Positions 1 through 12,233 are shown, counted from the first letter of the stretch. The stretch: DNA of 64,000 nucleotides from Octopus vulgaris (GCA_951406725.2 OX597837.1:2976001-3040000); one strand, 5' to 3'. Numbers and translations are program-made. The notes: a model not told the origin generated them from the sequence alone.

Positions 1-125
1 ATCAGGAGTGATACCGGAATGGACATGGCCAATCTGAAGGAAGCGGCCCAGGATAGAACTGACTGGAGGACACTGATCCAACGAGTAACCGAGAGTCGAC
101 TTTGACTGAGCAGATAGAGAGAGTG
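1..125 (+). mobile_element. RTE-clade LINE 3' end (truncated by window edge)
   Basis: Frame 1 reads IRSDTGMDMANLKEAAQDRTDWRTLIQRVTESRL, the typical RTE C-terminal 'A.DR..WR' motif, followed by a (GA)n tail. Confidence 0.65.
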
Positions 126-243
126 TGTGTGTGTATACAGACAGACATACACACACATGCTTGAATGGAAAGACAAAAAAAAAAGGCCCTTAACACAGTA
201 GGAACTACACATAGTATTTATAACTGTTTGATTCGGTCCCATG

Positions 244-1839
244 CTAAGGGACCTCAACTACTTCAGGCTTTGGGAATGCCGAATGGAGTAATTCAGGAAA
301 TGTATCTTTATACAGACATGAGTCATTCGCTGCAGAGAATGATTTGCCATACATATTAATGTGATATGGTTTGTCTCTGGAGTGAATACGCTTGTGCTTA
401 GACAAAGCACCACTTTGAGAAAATGATTTTCCACAGACCATGCAGTGATATGGTTTCTCTCCAGAATGAACATATTTGTGTTTAGTCAAAACACTGTTTT
501 GAGAAAATGATTTACCACAGATATCACACTGATAAGGTCTCTCTCCTGTATGACTATATTTGTGAGTAGTCAAGGTGCTATATCTAGTGAATGATTCACC
601 ACAGATATCACACTGATATGGTTTTTCTCCTGTGTGAATGTATTTGTGCTTGGTTACATCACTATTTTGGGAGAATGATTTACCACAGATATCACACTGG
701 TAAGGTTTATCACCGGAATGCATACGTTTATGGATAGTTAAATGTGATGTTTGCGAAAATGATTTACCACAGATATCACAGCGATATGGTTTCTCTCCTG
801 TGTGTGTGTGTTTGTGAGTGGTCAAGTGACCTGATTGAGAGAATGATTTACCACAGATATCACATTGGTATGGTTTCTCCCCTGTATGGATATGGATATG
901 TTCGTTCAACTTACACTTGTCAGAGAATGATTTACCACAGGTATCACAATGATATCGTCTCTCTCCTGTATGCGCGTGTCTGTGTCTCGTTAACTGACCT
1001 GCTTGAGAGAAAAATTTACCACAGATATCACACTGGTAAGGTTTCTCCCCTGTATGAATGCGTTTGTGAGCGGTTAAGTTACTTTTCATAGAGAAAGATT
1101 TACCGCAGACATTACAGCAATATGCCTGCTCTTCTTCATGACTACATCTGTTGTGTGTCCTTAACTGAATAGTTTGAGAGAATGATTTACCGCAGATATC
1201 ACAGTGATATGGTTTTTCCCCAGTATGAATACGTTTGTGCTTAGTTAAGGTACCCACTTCCTTGAATGATTTACCACAGATCTGACATTGGTATGGTTTC
1301 TCCCCAGTATGAACACGTTTGTGAGTAGTTAAGTGAACTTTCTGAAAGAATGATTTTCCACAGATATCACAGTGATAGGGTTTCTCTCCTGTATGAATAT
1401 ATTTGTGCTTGGTCAAATTACCCCTTTCAGAGAACGATTTACTGCAGATATCACAGTGATAAGGCTTCTCTCCTGTATGAATACGTTTGTGTTTATTTAA
1501 ATTACATCCTTCAGAAAATGATTTACCACAGATATCACAGTGATAAGGCTTCTCTCCTGTATGAATATACCTGTGTTTATTTAATGAACTTTTTTTAGAG
1601 TATGATTTATCACATATATTACAATGATATGGCTTATCATCTGTCTGGGTACCTTTGTGATTAGTCAAATGATCAGTTTGAGAGAATGTTTCATCAGGGA
1701 CATCAGAGTGATATAGTGTCTTGCTTACATTAATATCTTTGTGAGCAGTGAAGTTAACTTTTTGGGAAAATGATTTATCACCACAGTGCTGTAATAATTC
1801 CCCTATGGCTTTATGTGTCATCTTATCAGCAAAATCCAT
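244..1839 (-). CDS. Tandem C2H2 zinc-finger protein (ZNF-1), 531 aa, 15 intact fingers plus degenerate terminal fingers
   Basis: Open ORF with repeated CxxC-x12-HxxxH units and TGEKPY linkers. No recognisable KRAB/BTB/SCAN domain. Predicted acceptor (tatttcag) opens the exon at 2422; predicted donor (gcg|gtaagt) at 5323. Confidence 0.93.
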   Translation of the reverse strand: MDFADKMTHKAIGELLQHCGDKSFSQKVNFTAHKDINVSKTLYHSDVPDETFSQTDHLTNHKGTQTDDKPYHCNICDKSYSKKSSLNKHRYIHTGEKPYHCDICGKSFSEGCNLNKHKRIHTGEKPYHCDICSKSFSERGNLTKHKYIHTGEKPYHCDICGKSFFQKVHLTTHKRVHTGEKPYQCQICGKSFKEVGTLTKHKRIHTGEKPYHCDICGKSFSQTIQLRTHNRCSHEEEQAYCCNVCGKSFSMKSNLTAHKRIHTGEKPYQCDICGKFFSQAGQLTRHRHAHTGERRYHCDTCGKSFSDKCKLNEHIHIHTGEKPYQCDICGKSFSQSGHLTTHKHTHTGEKPYRCDICGKSFSQTSHLTIHKRMHSGDKPYQCDICGKSFSQNSDVTKHKYIHTGEKPYQCDICGESFTRYSTLTTHKYSHTGERPYQCDICGKSFSQNSVLTKHKYVHSGEKPYHCMVCGKSFSQSGALSKHKRIHSRDKPYHINMYGKSFSAANDSCLYKDTFPELLHSAFPKPEVVEVP

Positions 1840-2556
1840 AGTTTTAGACTGTCATATATTTAATCTGCTTCTTAGAATTTTTCTTAATAATTCTTCTCTT
1901 CCACATAATTTTATTTTTTTATTTTTTGTCTTAATATTCTGTTCTTAATAATTACATCTCCTTCAATATTTCCAGCCACAGTGATCTTTGTCGATATTTA
2001 AAGATGCAGCAAATACCTTTATAAAATTGTCCAAATCCCCTTAGAGTTCAGATTATTCTATCAAACACAATGCCTATTGATTCCCATTGATTTGAATTAA
2101 TCGTGCATTGTCTCATATCTTCAAGATCTTGATGGTGTAACTACTTAATGTAGAATAACATTGTAGGGTAGGTGTGAGAGCCTGGATCTGGTCAGTTTGA
2201 ACATAAAACAGATTAACTATTTTGGCCAGATATGGCCGGTTTAAATACTAAAGGGTCAAAGGCACAAATCTATTCCATTCAAACTTCAGACAGCAATTCA
2301 ATGAAGATTTATATAAGCAAGCTTTTTATCAGTTCTCTAGGACATCTTCCTTCAGTCTTCAAAAGTTCTCAAATGTTCTTGATGCAGTTTAAGTTCCATT
2401 ATGCCAATGTTATCAGAATATTCTGAAATAAATAAAGAAACAATATAAGATAAAGAACAATATTTACAAAGCAGATATTCAACAACGGATATTTTATATA
2501 TATATTTTTTTAAAATATATTATTATTATTATTATTATTAATATAAGGAAATTAAT

Positions 2557-2720
2557 AGGCGCAGGAGTGGTTGTGTGGTGGGTGGCTTGCTAACCAACCA
2601 CATGGTTCCGGGTTCAGTCCCACTGCGTGGCATCTTGGGCAAGTGTCTTCTGCTATAGCCCTGGGCCGACCAATGCCTTGTGAGTGGATTTGGTAGACGG
2701 AAACTGAAAGAAGCCTGTCG

Positions 2721-2751
<31 letters not shown>

Positions 2752-2953
2752 TTGTTTGTCCCCCCTAACATTGCTTGACAACCGATGCTAGTGTGTTTAC
2801 GTCCCCGTCATTTAGCGGTTCGGCAAAAGAGACCGATAGAATAAGTACTGGGCTTACAAAAGAATAAGTCCCGGGGTCGATTTGCTCGACTAAAGGCGGT
2901 GCTCCAGCATGACCGCAGTCAAATGACTGAAACAAGTAAAAGAGAGTAAAGAG
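2557..2953 (+). mobile_element. tRNA-derived SINE family A (composite, CORE-like centre), full length
   Basis: A/B-box head (ggcgcaggagtgg...ggttcagtccc), 'cttgggcaagt' CORE-like motif, internal (TA/TG)n, gtaaaaga tail. Many copies in the window. Confidence 0.85.
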
Positions 2954-3194
2954 TAAATTAATATCCAAACTTCTCAAAAAGATATACCCGTGTGAAAATA
3001 CTTATTGTATTAAAAATATATTTTACTGCATTATTTAGCAGAACCAATTAAACCTTTAACTCAACAATTGAACTTTACTCTTTAATTTATCATTATTAAA
3101 TCACAGAACCTTGTGCGACATTTACATATTTGCAAACTACATCAAAATCTTCAGAGTATGTAACATTACATTATACTAATTGTAGTTAAGATAC

Positions 3195-3636
3195 CCGTGC
3201 TGGTGACACGTAAAAAGCACCGTCCGAACGTGGAAGATGCCAGCGCCGCCTGACTGGCGTCTGTGTCGTTCACACGTAAAAGCACCAGCCGATCGTGGCC
3301 ATTTGCCAGCCTCCTCTGGCCCCTGTGCTGGTGGCACGTAAAAAGTACCGTCCGAATGTGGCAGATACCAGCGCAGCCTGACTGGCGTCCGTGTCGGTGG
3401 CACGTAATAGCACCAACCGATCGTGGCCATTTGCCAGCCTCCTCTGGCCCCTGTGCCGGTGGCATGTAAAAGACACCCACTACACTCACAGAGTGGTTGG
3501 TGTCAGGAAGGGCATCCAGCTGTAGAAACACTGCCAGATCAGACTGGAGCCTGGCGCAGCCTCCTGGCTTCCCAGACCCCGGTCGAACTGTCCAACCCAT
3601 GCTAGCATGAAAAACGGACTTTAAACGATGATGATA
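3195..3636 (+). mobile_element. SINE/non-autonomous retroposon family C with internal ~58-bp tandem units and (GAT)n tail
   Basis: Repeated 'gtggcacgtaaaaagcacc' units, then 'aggaagggcatccagctgtagaaac...aacgatgatg'. Other copies at ~16600, 18535, 32085 and 60060. Confidence 0.8.
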
Positions 3637-5323
3637 CTACACAATAGTGGATGATTCAATTCTTATCTCACTAGAAACAACATTTGTCCCTGATAGTTTG
3701 TGCTTGTCTCACCCAAAGTCAGTTTATTACCAAAAGTATGCCAGCTGCAACTAAACCATTTTTTTTTTAAAGTTATGATGATAAAATGTGATTAGAAGGA
3801 AATTTTGTTGCTATTTCTAGCAGGTCATAGTGGCTCCTTCAGTGGATTTTTATTATTGATTTTAACCACTATGTCAGCTCTGACTAAGCAGACCTGTGAT
3901 CAAAGGCCAGTTATTTTCAAGGGTGTTATGGATATTGTGACATCAAACTAAAAGAAATATCATATTGATAAATGAAGATGATCAATTGAGAAAGAAAAAA
4001 AAAGAAAAGCTAACAAAAATTAATTAAAACTTTTTGGAGTACTGGTTCCTCTTAGAGCAGATATTTCATTAATTCCACCGCCTATGAAGTCGACCAAAAA
4101 TAATACACCATTATCGTTTTAATGTCCACTTTTCCATGCTCGCATGGAACAGATGGATTTTGTTGAGGAAGATTTCTGCAGTCAGATGCTTTTCCACCGG
4201 GACCACTGTTCCCAAGTGGTACCGATAAAAATTTGTAATTTAGTACTACAACAAGAAATAATTATAACTGTTTTTATATTTGAGCCTCAAATCTTGGCCG
4301 GCTTGTACCTCTCTTTCCTCAACACTTCAAAATGTCTCGAAGCTTCAAAATAACGAGAATAGACCTGAATGTCTCATCTTAATGTATTTTGGTTTTCTCC
4401 TGAATGCAGAAAAACTTGAAAACTTGTAAGTTTCCACACATCAAAATATCATTCGAAGAGACAGCTTTGAAATTAAAGTACATATTACAAGCCATCGTTT
4501 TAATCAATTCACGTAATTAATTTCATAGCAGCTGTAAATTCATCATTAAACTAGAAATATAATTCTAACATATGGGCGCAGGCATGCCTGTATTAGTTCG
4601 CTTTCCAATCCCGTGGTTTCGAGTTCAGTCCCAGTGTGCAGTATCTTGCTAATGTCTTCCACTATGGCCCTGGGTCAATCGATCAAAGCCTTGTGAGAAC
4701 GTTTGATAGACGAATACTTAATACGATAAACCCCCCCCCCCCCACAAAGATTGTAGTTTACACCATTGAGAACGTTTCTCTAGAAAATATAATTTAAAAA
4801 AGGCATTTAACAAACTCGGGCTACGGGGAGGGCGTAAATTTTAAATACTTTATTTCTCCAAATAATCGCGATCTACATCCTCTAACCTATGTAAAATTTG
4901 ACTTAGAAAAACAATTAAAGAAATTTATGAAAAAAGTCAAGGTGGGGCATACTAAAGAGAAAATTTCATTAAGGTATAAACAGTTTTTAGAAAGTTATAA
5001 TGTAACAAACTCAGCGTGTGGCAACTTCTGTAAAGCCCTACACTTTCTTTTCCCAAGAACTCTATAAAAATGAACTTTCCTTGATAGATTTCCGCAGGCG
5101 TAGAATTACAGTTAGGTCTCTTTTTCTCAAATTTCATCAAGATAATCGAACTCTATACCCTCAAAAACATCGCACAAAAGAAATTTCATAAAAAAATATA
5201 CATTTTAAACTAAGTTACGGGAAACAAACTCGGGGCGGAGGAGTCGCATATTCTGTATTAAACCCATAATTCTTTTATATATATACATTATTATAGCCTT
5301 AAAGTAAACTTTGGCCAACTTAC

Positions 5324-5492
5324 CGCTTCCAAATGCAGCCAGTGACTACTGTGTTTTCCTCTAAACTGTTAAAATAAATATCTCAGTGTCAGAATGAAGT
5401 TTAAAAAATGTTTCTTCAACTTTATTCTGCACCCAATGTTCATGAAGATACTAACTTCTTCAGCCGTAGATTCGTATCTTGTCACAACGAGG
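5324..5492 (-). promoter_or_regulatory. Putative promoter motif and non-coding first exon of ZNF-1
   Basis: 31-bp motif (5462-5492) shared with 33782 and 41116, followed ~140 nt later by a conserved tggaagcg|gtaag donor. Confidence 0.6.
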
Positions 5493-5520
5493 CAATGACC
5501 TTATAACTTGCAGTTTTGGT

Positions 5521-5880
5521 CCGTTACGTTGTGAGTTCAAATTCCGCCGAGGTCGACTTTGCCTTTCATCCTTTCGGGGTCGATAAATTAAGTACCAGCT
5601 ACGCACTGGGGTCAATGTACTCGACTTAATACCTATGTCTGTCCTTGTTTGTCCCCTCTATGTTTAGCCCCTTGTGGGTAATAAAGAAATAGGTATTTCG
5701 TCTGCCGTTACGTTGTGAATTCAAATTCCGCCGAGGTCGACTTTGCCTTTCATCCTTTAGGGATCGATAAATTAAGTACCAGTTACGCACTGGGGTCGAT
5801 GTAATCAACTTAATACCTATGTCTGTCCTTGTTTCTCCCCTCTATGTTTAGCCCCTTGTGGGTAATAAAGAAATAGGTAT
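5521..5880 (+). mobile_element. SINE family B (tRNA head plus Meta-domain-like centre), head-to-tail dimer of the 3' ~184-nt unit
   Basis: Two direct copies of 'gttcaaattccgccgaggtcgactttgcctttcatcctt...aaagaaata' joined at gaaata|ggtatttc. Confidence 0.85.
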
Positions 5881-6040
5881 GAAATATGTTTCTGTATATT
5901 AATATAGTGTTTCTTGAGGAGAGCGGATGGTAAAGATTACAAAGTTGGTAGATAACGTGCTAATACTTAATAAAATTACGATTGTTTTAAATTTTAAGCT
6001 AATCCAACGCCATGACGAAGAGAAATGAATTAAATGGATG

Positions 6041-6353
6041 TAAAGTTTGTTTATAGTGGTTGTATACTGTCAACTCAACGTGACAGTCCCGTAAGGGAAT
6101 CACACCACCGCCATTTAGCCCTAGGAAACATCGACGTTTCCTGTCGGCTTTGACACATTTTCTGTGTCCTTATATTTGCAAATGTGTCAAAGCCGACAGG
6201 AAACGTCGATGTTTCCTAGGGCTAAATGGCGGTGGTGTGATTCCCTTACGGGACTGTCACGTTGAGTTGACAGTATACAACCACTATATCGCTCCACCAC
6301 CGCTCATGTCTCTCTGAGACACTTAGAAATTCAATATTTCTAAAGTTTGTTTA
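6041..6353 (+). mobile_element. Fold-back insertion: perfect 109-bp inverted repeat plus 52-bp tail, 13-bp TSD; probable Penelope-like element terminus
   Basis: Arms 6052-6160 and 6180-6288 are exact reverse complements. taaagtttgttta is duplicated at 6041-6053 and 6341-6353. Confidence 0.8.
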
Positions 6354-8265
6354 GTTAGCTAATTAATAAAGAAGGCAGGGGCCAAATATTCTAGAGTGTG
6401 GCGAGATTGGACTGGTATTTGTAAGTTTGAGGACCACTATTAAAATATGACAAACATCACCGTCCATCATCTCTACGAACATTTCGTTTTGTGCATGTGT
6501 AGCAGGCTGGATGTGCTGTGCCATATCAGGTCAATATGATGTAGCCCACTACTGAATGTAGCGTATAGATGTAACGCTTCAAAGTTCTCGCGTCGGAGTA
6601 ACGAGTAAACATCGAAGAATCAACACCAAGAAGGAAGAAATATTATTTATGTATTTTTATTCGTTGGCCCGACAGGTAGTTAAAGAGACAATAGCAATTC
6701 TAGTGATAGTGACAAGGTTGGCTTGCTGATTAGTAGTTGATAGTGTAGAAAAAGTTTGTCTGTCAGAAGAGAGTGAAAGAGTAAGGAATGCACGGTGCTG
6801 ACTAGAAAGGAAGAAAGGATAAAGGTGCCATCGTTTTTCTTGCGGCCGAAAGGGAAGTGCTGCTCTTGGTCATGGCTGACTCAAAAGAACATGTAGCTCA
6901 TTGGTCTGGCGGACACCAAAGAGGGAAAGAGAGAGAGAGAGAGAAACTACGAGCTCTTATCAACATCTGGTGTAGAGAGGATTTCCTGCTTGTTTTGACA
7001 AGCAGCAAGCGAGTGGATTTGGTTTCAAATCTCAGGCAGGGTCAAGCCAGATCCCTACACATGCCTAACCCAATGTTGACTACAAGCTCCTATCAACAAA
7101 CCTTTAAAACTTTATTCACCACTGACATAACCCTGTTTATATCAAGTTATGGTATAAATAATTACAGCATTTCTCTTCTCTATTGTAGTAAATATAAAGA
7201 AGCCAATTTTGCATTCTAATTAAACTTGGATAAATTTGTAAAGGAGTTGGCAACCATAATCAGATATCAACATAAGCGTAGGAAGCAGGTGTGGCCAGGT
7301 ATGGTCAAAATCAGACATAGCAATTTTCTTTACTTCGGCCAGGACTTGACCTAGTTCAAGCTCCTGTATTATAAATGCGACTTCTTGGACGCTTCACACT
7401 TGCTTTGCAAAATCTGTAGCACAAACTTATTTCAGCTCACATTTCAATCCAACTATAAATCTAATATGCTTTTATGGACATCCGAAGATAAAATGCTTCC
7501 ATCGAAAATTTTTTTCATGGATGTGAAAAAGTTTTGAATTCAAGAATTCAACAAATCTGAACTCAAAGATTTTAAACAATGGTGTCTTAAATCTTTGCTC
7601 AATGTGAACTTCATGCAAAATGATGTTTAACAAAGTTCTTAAAATCGCTTCTGGTTCTTCATGCCAATCACACTTGTCTGGTGGTTCAGCGGTGCCATCC
7701 AAAATCCAGCAGTAAAATTCTTCAAACTTGTTATTTTTCATATTGTAGTGAGCCTTAGTATTTGAACTCTTTACACTAAATTATCAGTTCACAATCACAA
7801 GTGAGCCGCAGTTGGAACATTCGATCTTAACATGAACACCATTTTTTTTTTTCGACTAATCTGTTTGCAAGAGATCAGGCTACCAAACAGAACTTCATCT
7901 CAAGTGTCCTTGTGATTTGCACTTTTTTCTCCAGTTCAGCACTAGAAATCAACCAGAATTCTCATGGCATTCGAACAGAACACAACTTGGCTCCTGCCAA
8001 GCAAATCAAGGACAAAGCCTCAACAAGATCTGACATTCTGGCATCTTGAAGATAACTAATGGCCGAGCAATCACAGTTAAGTGGATCCTTAATATCCTAA
8101 TCTCTTTACGAAATTAGGATGTGAGGATTTTTGCATGTGTTCATGTTCAGCCAGCCCTTAAATAAATCTGACGTTAAATATCTAAAAGTTTTGCTTCTGT
8201 TTGTAATATACACAGCCAGCTAAATCTCACACCACGATTAATACAATAATTACACCTACCACAAG

Positions 8266-8640
8266 TGGAGGCGCAATGGTTAGGGCAGCAGACTCGCAGT
8301 TTCGATTCCCAGACCGGGCGTTGTGCGTGTTTATTGAACAAAAACACCTAAAGCTCTACGAGGCTCCGGCAGGGGGTGGTGGCAACCCCTGTTGTACTCT
8401 TTCGCTCCAACTTTCTCTCATTCTTTCTTCCTGTTTCTTGTTCCCCGACTTCCTACACAACCGCTGAGCCTGGATGCGCATTCATCCATCCGTTGATGCT
8501 CTCGGTGTCGGGGGTTGACCTGCTTTCTTTTCTGCGGGTCTCACGAATAGCAAAGGCCCATGTTTCGGACTTCTCCCATCATGCGAGCTCTGGGATCAAG
8601 ACCGTTCGCTCAACAGCAACAGCTACCATGATAATATCAA
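8266..8640 (+). mobile_element. tRNA-headed retroposon family D
   Basis: Head gtggaggcgcaatggttagggcagcagactc...ttcgattcccagaccggg is shared with 30668-30963, 35705-36006 and 61238-61651. Confidence 0.65.
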
Positions 8641-9236
8641 CCAATTGTTTTCTGAAGTTCTCAATCTCATGAATATACCTCGAAATATCAAGTGAACTTT
8701 TTTGAAGAATCGAAAACAGAATCTCTGAGCTACTCAATATGGTTTCAAAAACCACAAAAAACATCTCTCTTCACTCTCTTTTACTTGTTTCAGTCATTTG
8801 ACTGCAGCCATGCTGGAGTACCGCCTTTAGTCGGGGTCGATTAAATAAGTACCAGTTATGCACTGGAGTTGATGTAATCGACTTAATCCGTTTGTCTCCT
8901 CCGTGTTTAGCCCCTTTTGGGCAGTAAAGAAATAAGAATAATTCGAGAATAAATCAGATTTATTAAACTTCAGTTTATTAACAATATTTACAAAGTAATG
9001 GGGGTACAAACGAAGGATTCTGGGCCTCAAAGTTGAGAATGAGAAAAGATTGAAAATCTATGATGACATCTTGTAGGGAAAACATATTCAATGCAAATTA
9101 ATATACAAAGTAGTTATTGAGCCCCTTTTAACACTGAAACTGGCCATATCCAACCTCTCACGTATACCCTACAATGTTCTAAGAATAAACAATCACATCA
9201 TTGAAATTTTGAAATGATGAGATCATGCATAATTAA

Positions 9237-9456
9237 GTCTTTCGTTACCAACCCGGCTGAAACTGGCTCTGGCTCTGAGTACAAATGTTTTGTTTTCAAA
9301 AGTTCTGAATTAAAATCTTCCACCAAACCTTAGTCACAATTTATGTTCCTAACACTAGTTTAATGATAACTAAGTTATTTTACTAAGTTCTTTGTTATAT
9401 TTAAAGTAATTGAAAGAAACACAGAGCATCTTAAAATAAATACAGTAACGAAAGGG
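9237..9456. mobile_element. piggyBac-like MITE
   Basis: TTAA on both sides; terminal inverted repeats (TIRs) ..ctttcgttac / gtaacgaaaggg. Nested in an older repeat related to 2130-2260. Confidence 0.6.
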
Positions 9457-9964
9457 TTAATCCAAGGCAATGTGAATAAATAAGAATTATATTTGACAGA
9501 CTAATGTGAATGTAAAAAAATGTTTCACATATTACATCAAATACTTTACACTTATATCAGGTGGCAGGTCAACCTAATTATCAATTCATGCTATCAAAAA
9601 AAATATGATTAAATTATATAGATCTAAACCAGTAGTTTTCAACCAGCGGCCATATGGCTTTTGTGGGGTTCATATAAGATTTTGTTGTTAAAATTTATCT
9701 GCAATAAATTGGTTATACTTCTGCTGTACTCAAGAAGATCTGCCCACCACGACAGAATTGAGATCCTAAAACCAAGGCACCACATAAAAGTTTTGGTGTG
9801 GGTGTTGGTACCACATAAAAACGCCCAATACACTCTGTAAAATGGTTGGCATTAGGAAGGGCAACCAGCCATAGAAACCAAGCCAAAACAGATTACGGAA
9901 TCTGGTGTGGCACCTGGCCATGCTAGTTCCTGTGAAGCCATCCAACCCATGCCAGCATGGAAAA

Positions 9965-10163
9965 GCAGTCCAAGAATTTGGACCTGGAAATTTCCATTTC
10001 TAGTGACTTCGAGGGCCACCTCCGAGTGGTGTCGGGCGTCAACGAAGGGCCCTCGACCACAAGATGACCAAAGTTTTTTTTTTCAAGGTCTGGGGTCTCC
10101 CGCCCCTAAGCCCTAGACCATCATCTAATCACCCTTACCTGTCTTGTTGCTTAACAACAACAG
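9965..10163 (+). mobile_element. 5'-truncated retroposon end inserted in a family C SINE
   Basis: 12-bp TSD cagcatggaaaa (9953-9964 and 10164-10175) and an (AAC)n tail. Confidence 0.6.
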
Positions 10164-10784
10164 CAGCATGGAAAACGGATGTTAAATGTTGATGATAATA
10201 ATGAGGATGTTAAAGTGGTTGGTGTTAGGAAGGGCATCCAGCTACAAAAACCAAGCCAAAACAGACTGTGGAACCTGGTGCCATGTCAGTTCCTTTCAAG
10301 CTGTCCAGCCCATGCCAGTATGGATAATGGGTGTTAAATGTTGATGATGATGAATACATAAAATATTTTTATTTTTTAATACAATTCATAATATTTAATC
10401 ATAAAACCATAATAGGATTTTTTTAAAACATTGAATGGCTAACGCCAACCACTCCGAGAGTGTAGTGGGTGCTTTTATGCGCCACCAGCACGAGGGCCAG
10501 TCAGGCAGTACTGGCAACGGCCATGCTCAAATGGTGTTTTTTACATACTACCTGCACAGGAGCCAGTCCAGCGGCACTGGCAATGACCTCGCATGAATGT
10601 TTTTTCACGTGCCACCAGCACAAATGCCAGTAAGGCGACGCTGGTAATGATCATGCTCGAATGATGCTTTTTACATGCCACCAGCACGGAAGCCAGTTGA
10701 CAATTAGTAGCTGTACTAATGAGAAAAAAAAAAACAACTTAATTTAATGAGTCGTGTAGCTGTGCTAATTAGACATCAATACCA

Positions 10785-12233
10785 TCACTCTTCGGTATGA
10801 ATAGCTACATGTCGAGTTAAGTGACCTTTATGAGAGAAAGATTTTCCACAGACATCACAATGGTACGGTTTCTCACCTGTATGAATACGTTTATGTATAG
10901 TTAGGTTGTTTCTTACAGAAAATGATTTACCACAGATATCACAGTGATATGGTTTCTCACCCGTATGAATACGTTTGTGAGTAGCTAAACTGCTACTTCC
11001 AGAGAATGATTTACCACAAATATCACAGCGATGTGGTCTTGCTCCACTATGAACACTTCTGTGTCTTGTTAATTCGCTATTTTGAGAGAACGATATATCA
11101 CACACAGCACAGTGATATGGTTTCTCTCCCGAATGAATCCGCTTGTGAATAGTTAAGGTATTTCCATCGGAGAATGATTTACCACAGACGTCACAGCGAT
11201 ATGGCTTTTCACCTGTATGAATACGTTTGTGTCTAGTCAAAACACCATTTAGAGAGAATGATTTACCGCAGATATCACAGTGATATGGTTTCTCCCCAGT
11301 ATGAACGCTTTTGTGTCGAGTTAAGTCGCAAGTTCCAGAGAATGACTTACCACAAATATCACAGTGATATGGTTTCACACCTGTATGAAGACTCCTATGT
11401 CTGGTTAATTCACGATTTAAAGAAAATGATAACCCACAGGTATCACAATTAAATGGTTTCTCACCTGTATGAATGCGTTTGTGGTAAGTTAAGTCACTAC
11501 TTGTAGAGAATGATTTATCACAGGTATCACAGTGATATGGCTTTCCACCTGTATGAATATATTTGTGTCTCGTTAAGGTATTGCCATGAGAAAATGATTT
11601 ACCACAGACATCACAACGATATGGTTTCTCACCTGTATGAATACGTTTGTGTTTAGATAAGTCACTACTTGCTGAGAATAAATTACCACAGATGTCACAA
11701 TGATAAGGTTTCTCACCTGTATGTACACGTTTGTGGTTAGTTAAATAACTACATACAGAGAAGGATTTACCACAAATATCACAGGGAAATGGTTTCTCAC
11801 CTGTATGAATGTGTTTGTGTTTAGTCAAGGTACTTCCATGTGAAAATGATTTACTACAGATATCACAATGATATGGTTTCTCTCCTGAGTGGACATGTGT
11901 GTGGCGAATTAAGTGGCCTCTTTGAGAAAAAGATTTACCACAGACATCGCAGTGATATGGCTTCTCCCCTGTATGAGTACGTTTGTGTATAGTTAAGGTA
12001 TTTCCTCTAGAGAAAGATTCACCACAGATATCACACTGATATGGTTTCTCTCCTGTATGAATGTGTTTATGAGTAGTTAAGTTACCAAGTGCAGAGAATG
12101 ATTTCTCACAGATATCACAGCGATATGGTTTTTCTCCTGTATGTGTATATTTGTGTATGATAAGGTTTCCCTTTTCGGAGAATGACTTTTTACAGATATC
12201 ACAATGGTATGATTTCCCTATCTCTTTTGGCAT
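10785..12233 (-). CDS. Tandem C2H2 zinc-finger protein (ZNF-2), 17 fingers
   Basis: Open ORF; first ATG at 12233 ([11 protein letters not shown]...), whereas the ORF-track start at 12272 is GTG. Predicted acceptor (ctttcatttcag) at 12639 and donor (cag|gtaaaa) at 15577. Confidence 0.93.
   Translation of the reverse strand: MPKEIGKSYHCDICKKSFSEKGNLIIHKYTHTGEKPYRCDICEKSFSALGNLTTHKHIHTGEKPYQCDICGESFSRGNTLTIHKRTHTGEKPYHCDVCGKSFSQRGHLIRHTHVHSGEKPYHCDICSKSFSHGSTLTKHKHIHTGEKPFPCDICGKSFSVCSYLTNHKRVHTGEKPYHCDICGNLFSASSDLSKHKRIHTGEKPYRCDVCGKSFSHGNTLTRHKYIHTGGKPYHCDTCDKSFSTSSDLTYHKRIHTGEKPFNCDTCGLSFSLNRELTRHRSLHTGVKPYHCDICGKSFSGTCDLTRHKSVHTGEKPYHCDICGKSFSLNGVLTRHKRIHTGEKPYRCDVCGKSFSDGNTLTIHKRIHSGEKPYHCAVCDISFSQNSELTRHRSVHSGARPHRCDICGKSFSGSSSLATHKRIHTGEKPYHCDICGKSFSVRNNLTIHKRIHTGEKPYHCDVCGKSFSHKGHLTRHVAIHTEE

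Noticed and set aside
258-1598. Alternative-frame and antisense ORFs over ZNF genes (MIYHRYH... repeats; also 11258, 26790, 43465)
   Set aside because: Shadow frames of the 84-bp zinc-finger periodicity.
6360-8250. Possible LTR or hAT transposase remnant (ORF 7472-7741; KKIAMS-like fragment)
   Set aside because: No paired LTRs, primer-binding site, TIRs or convincing catalytic motif seen.
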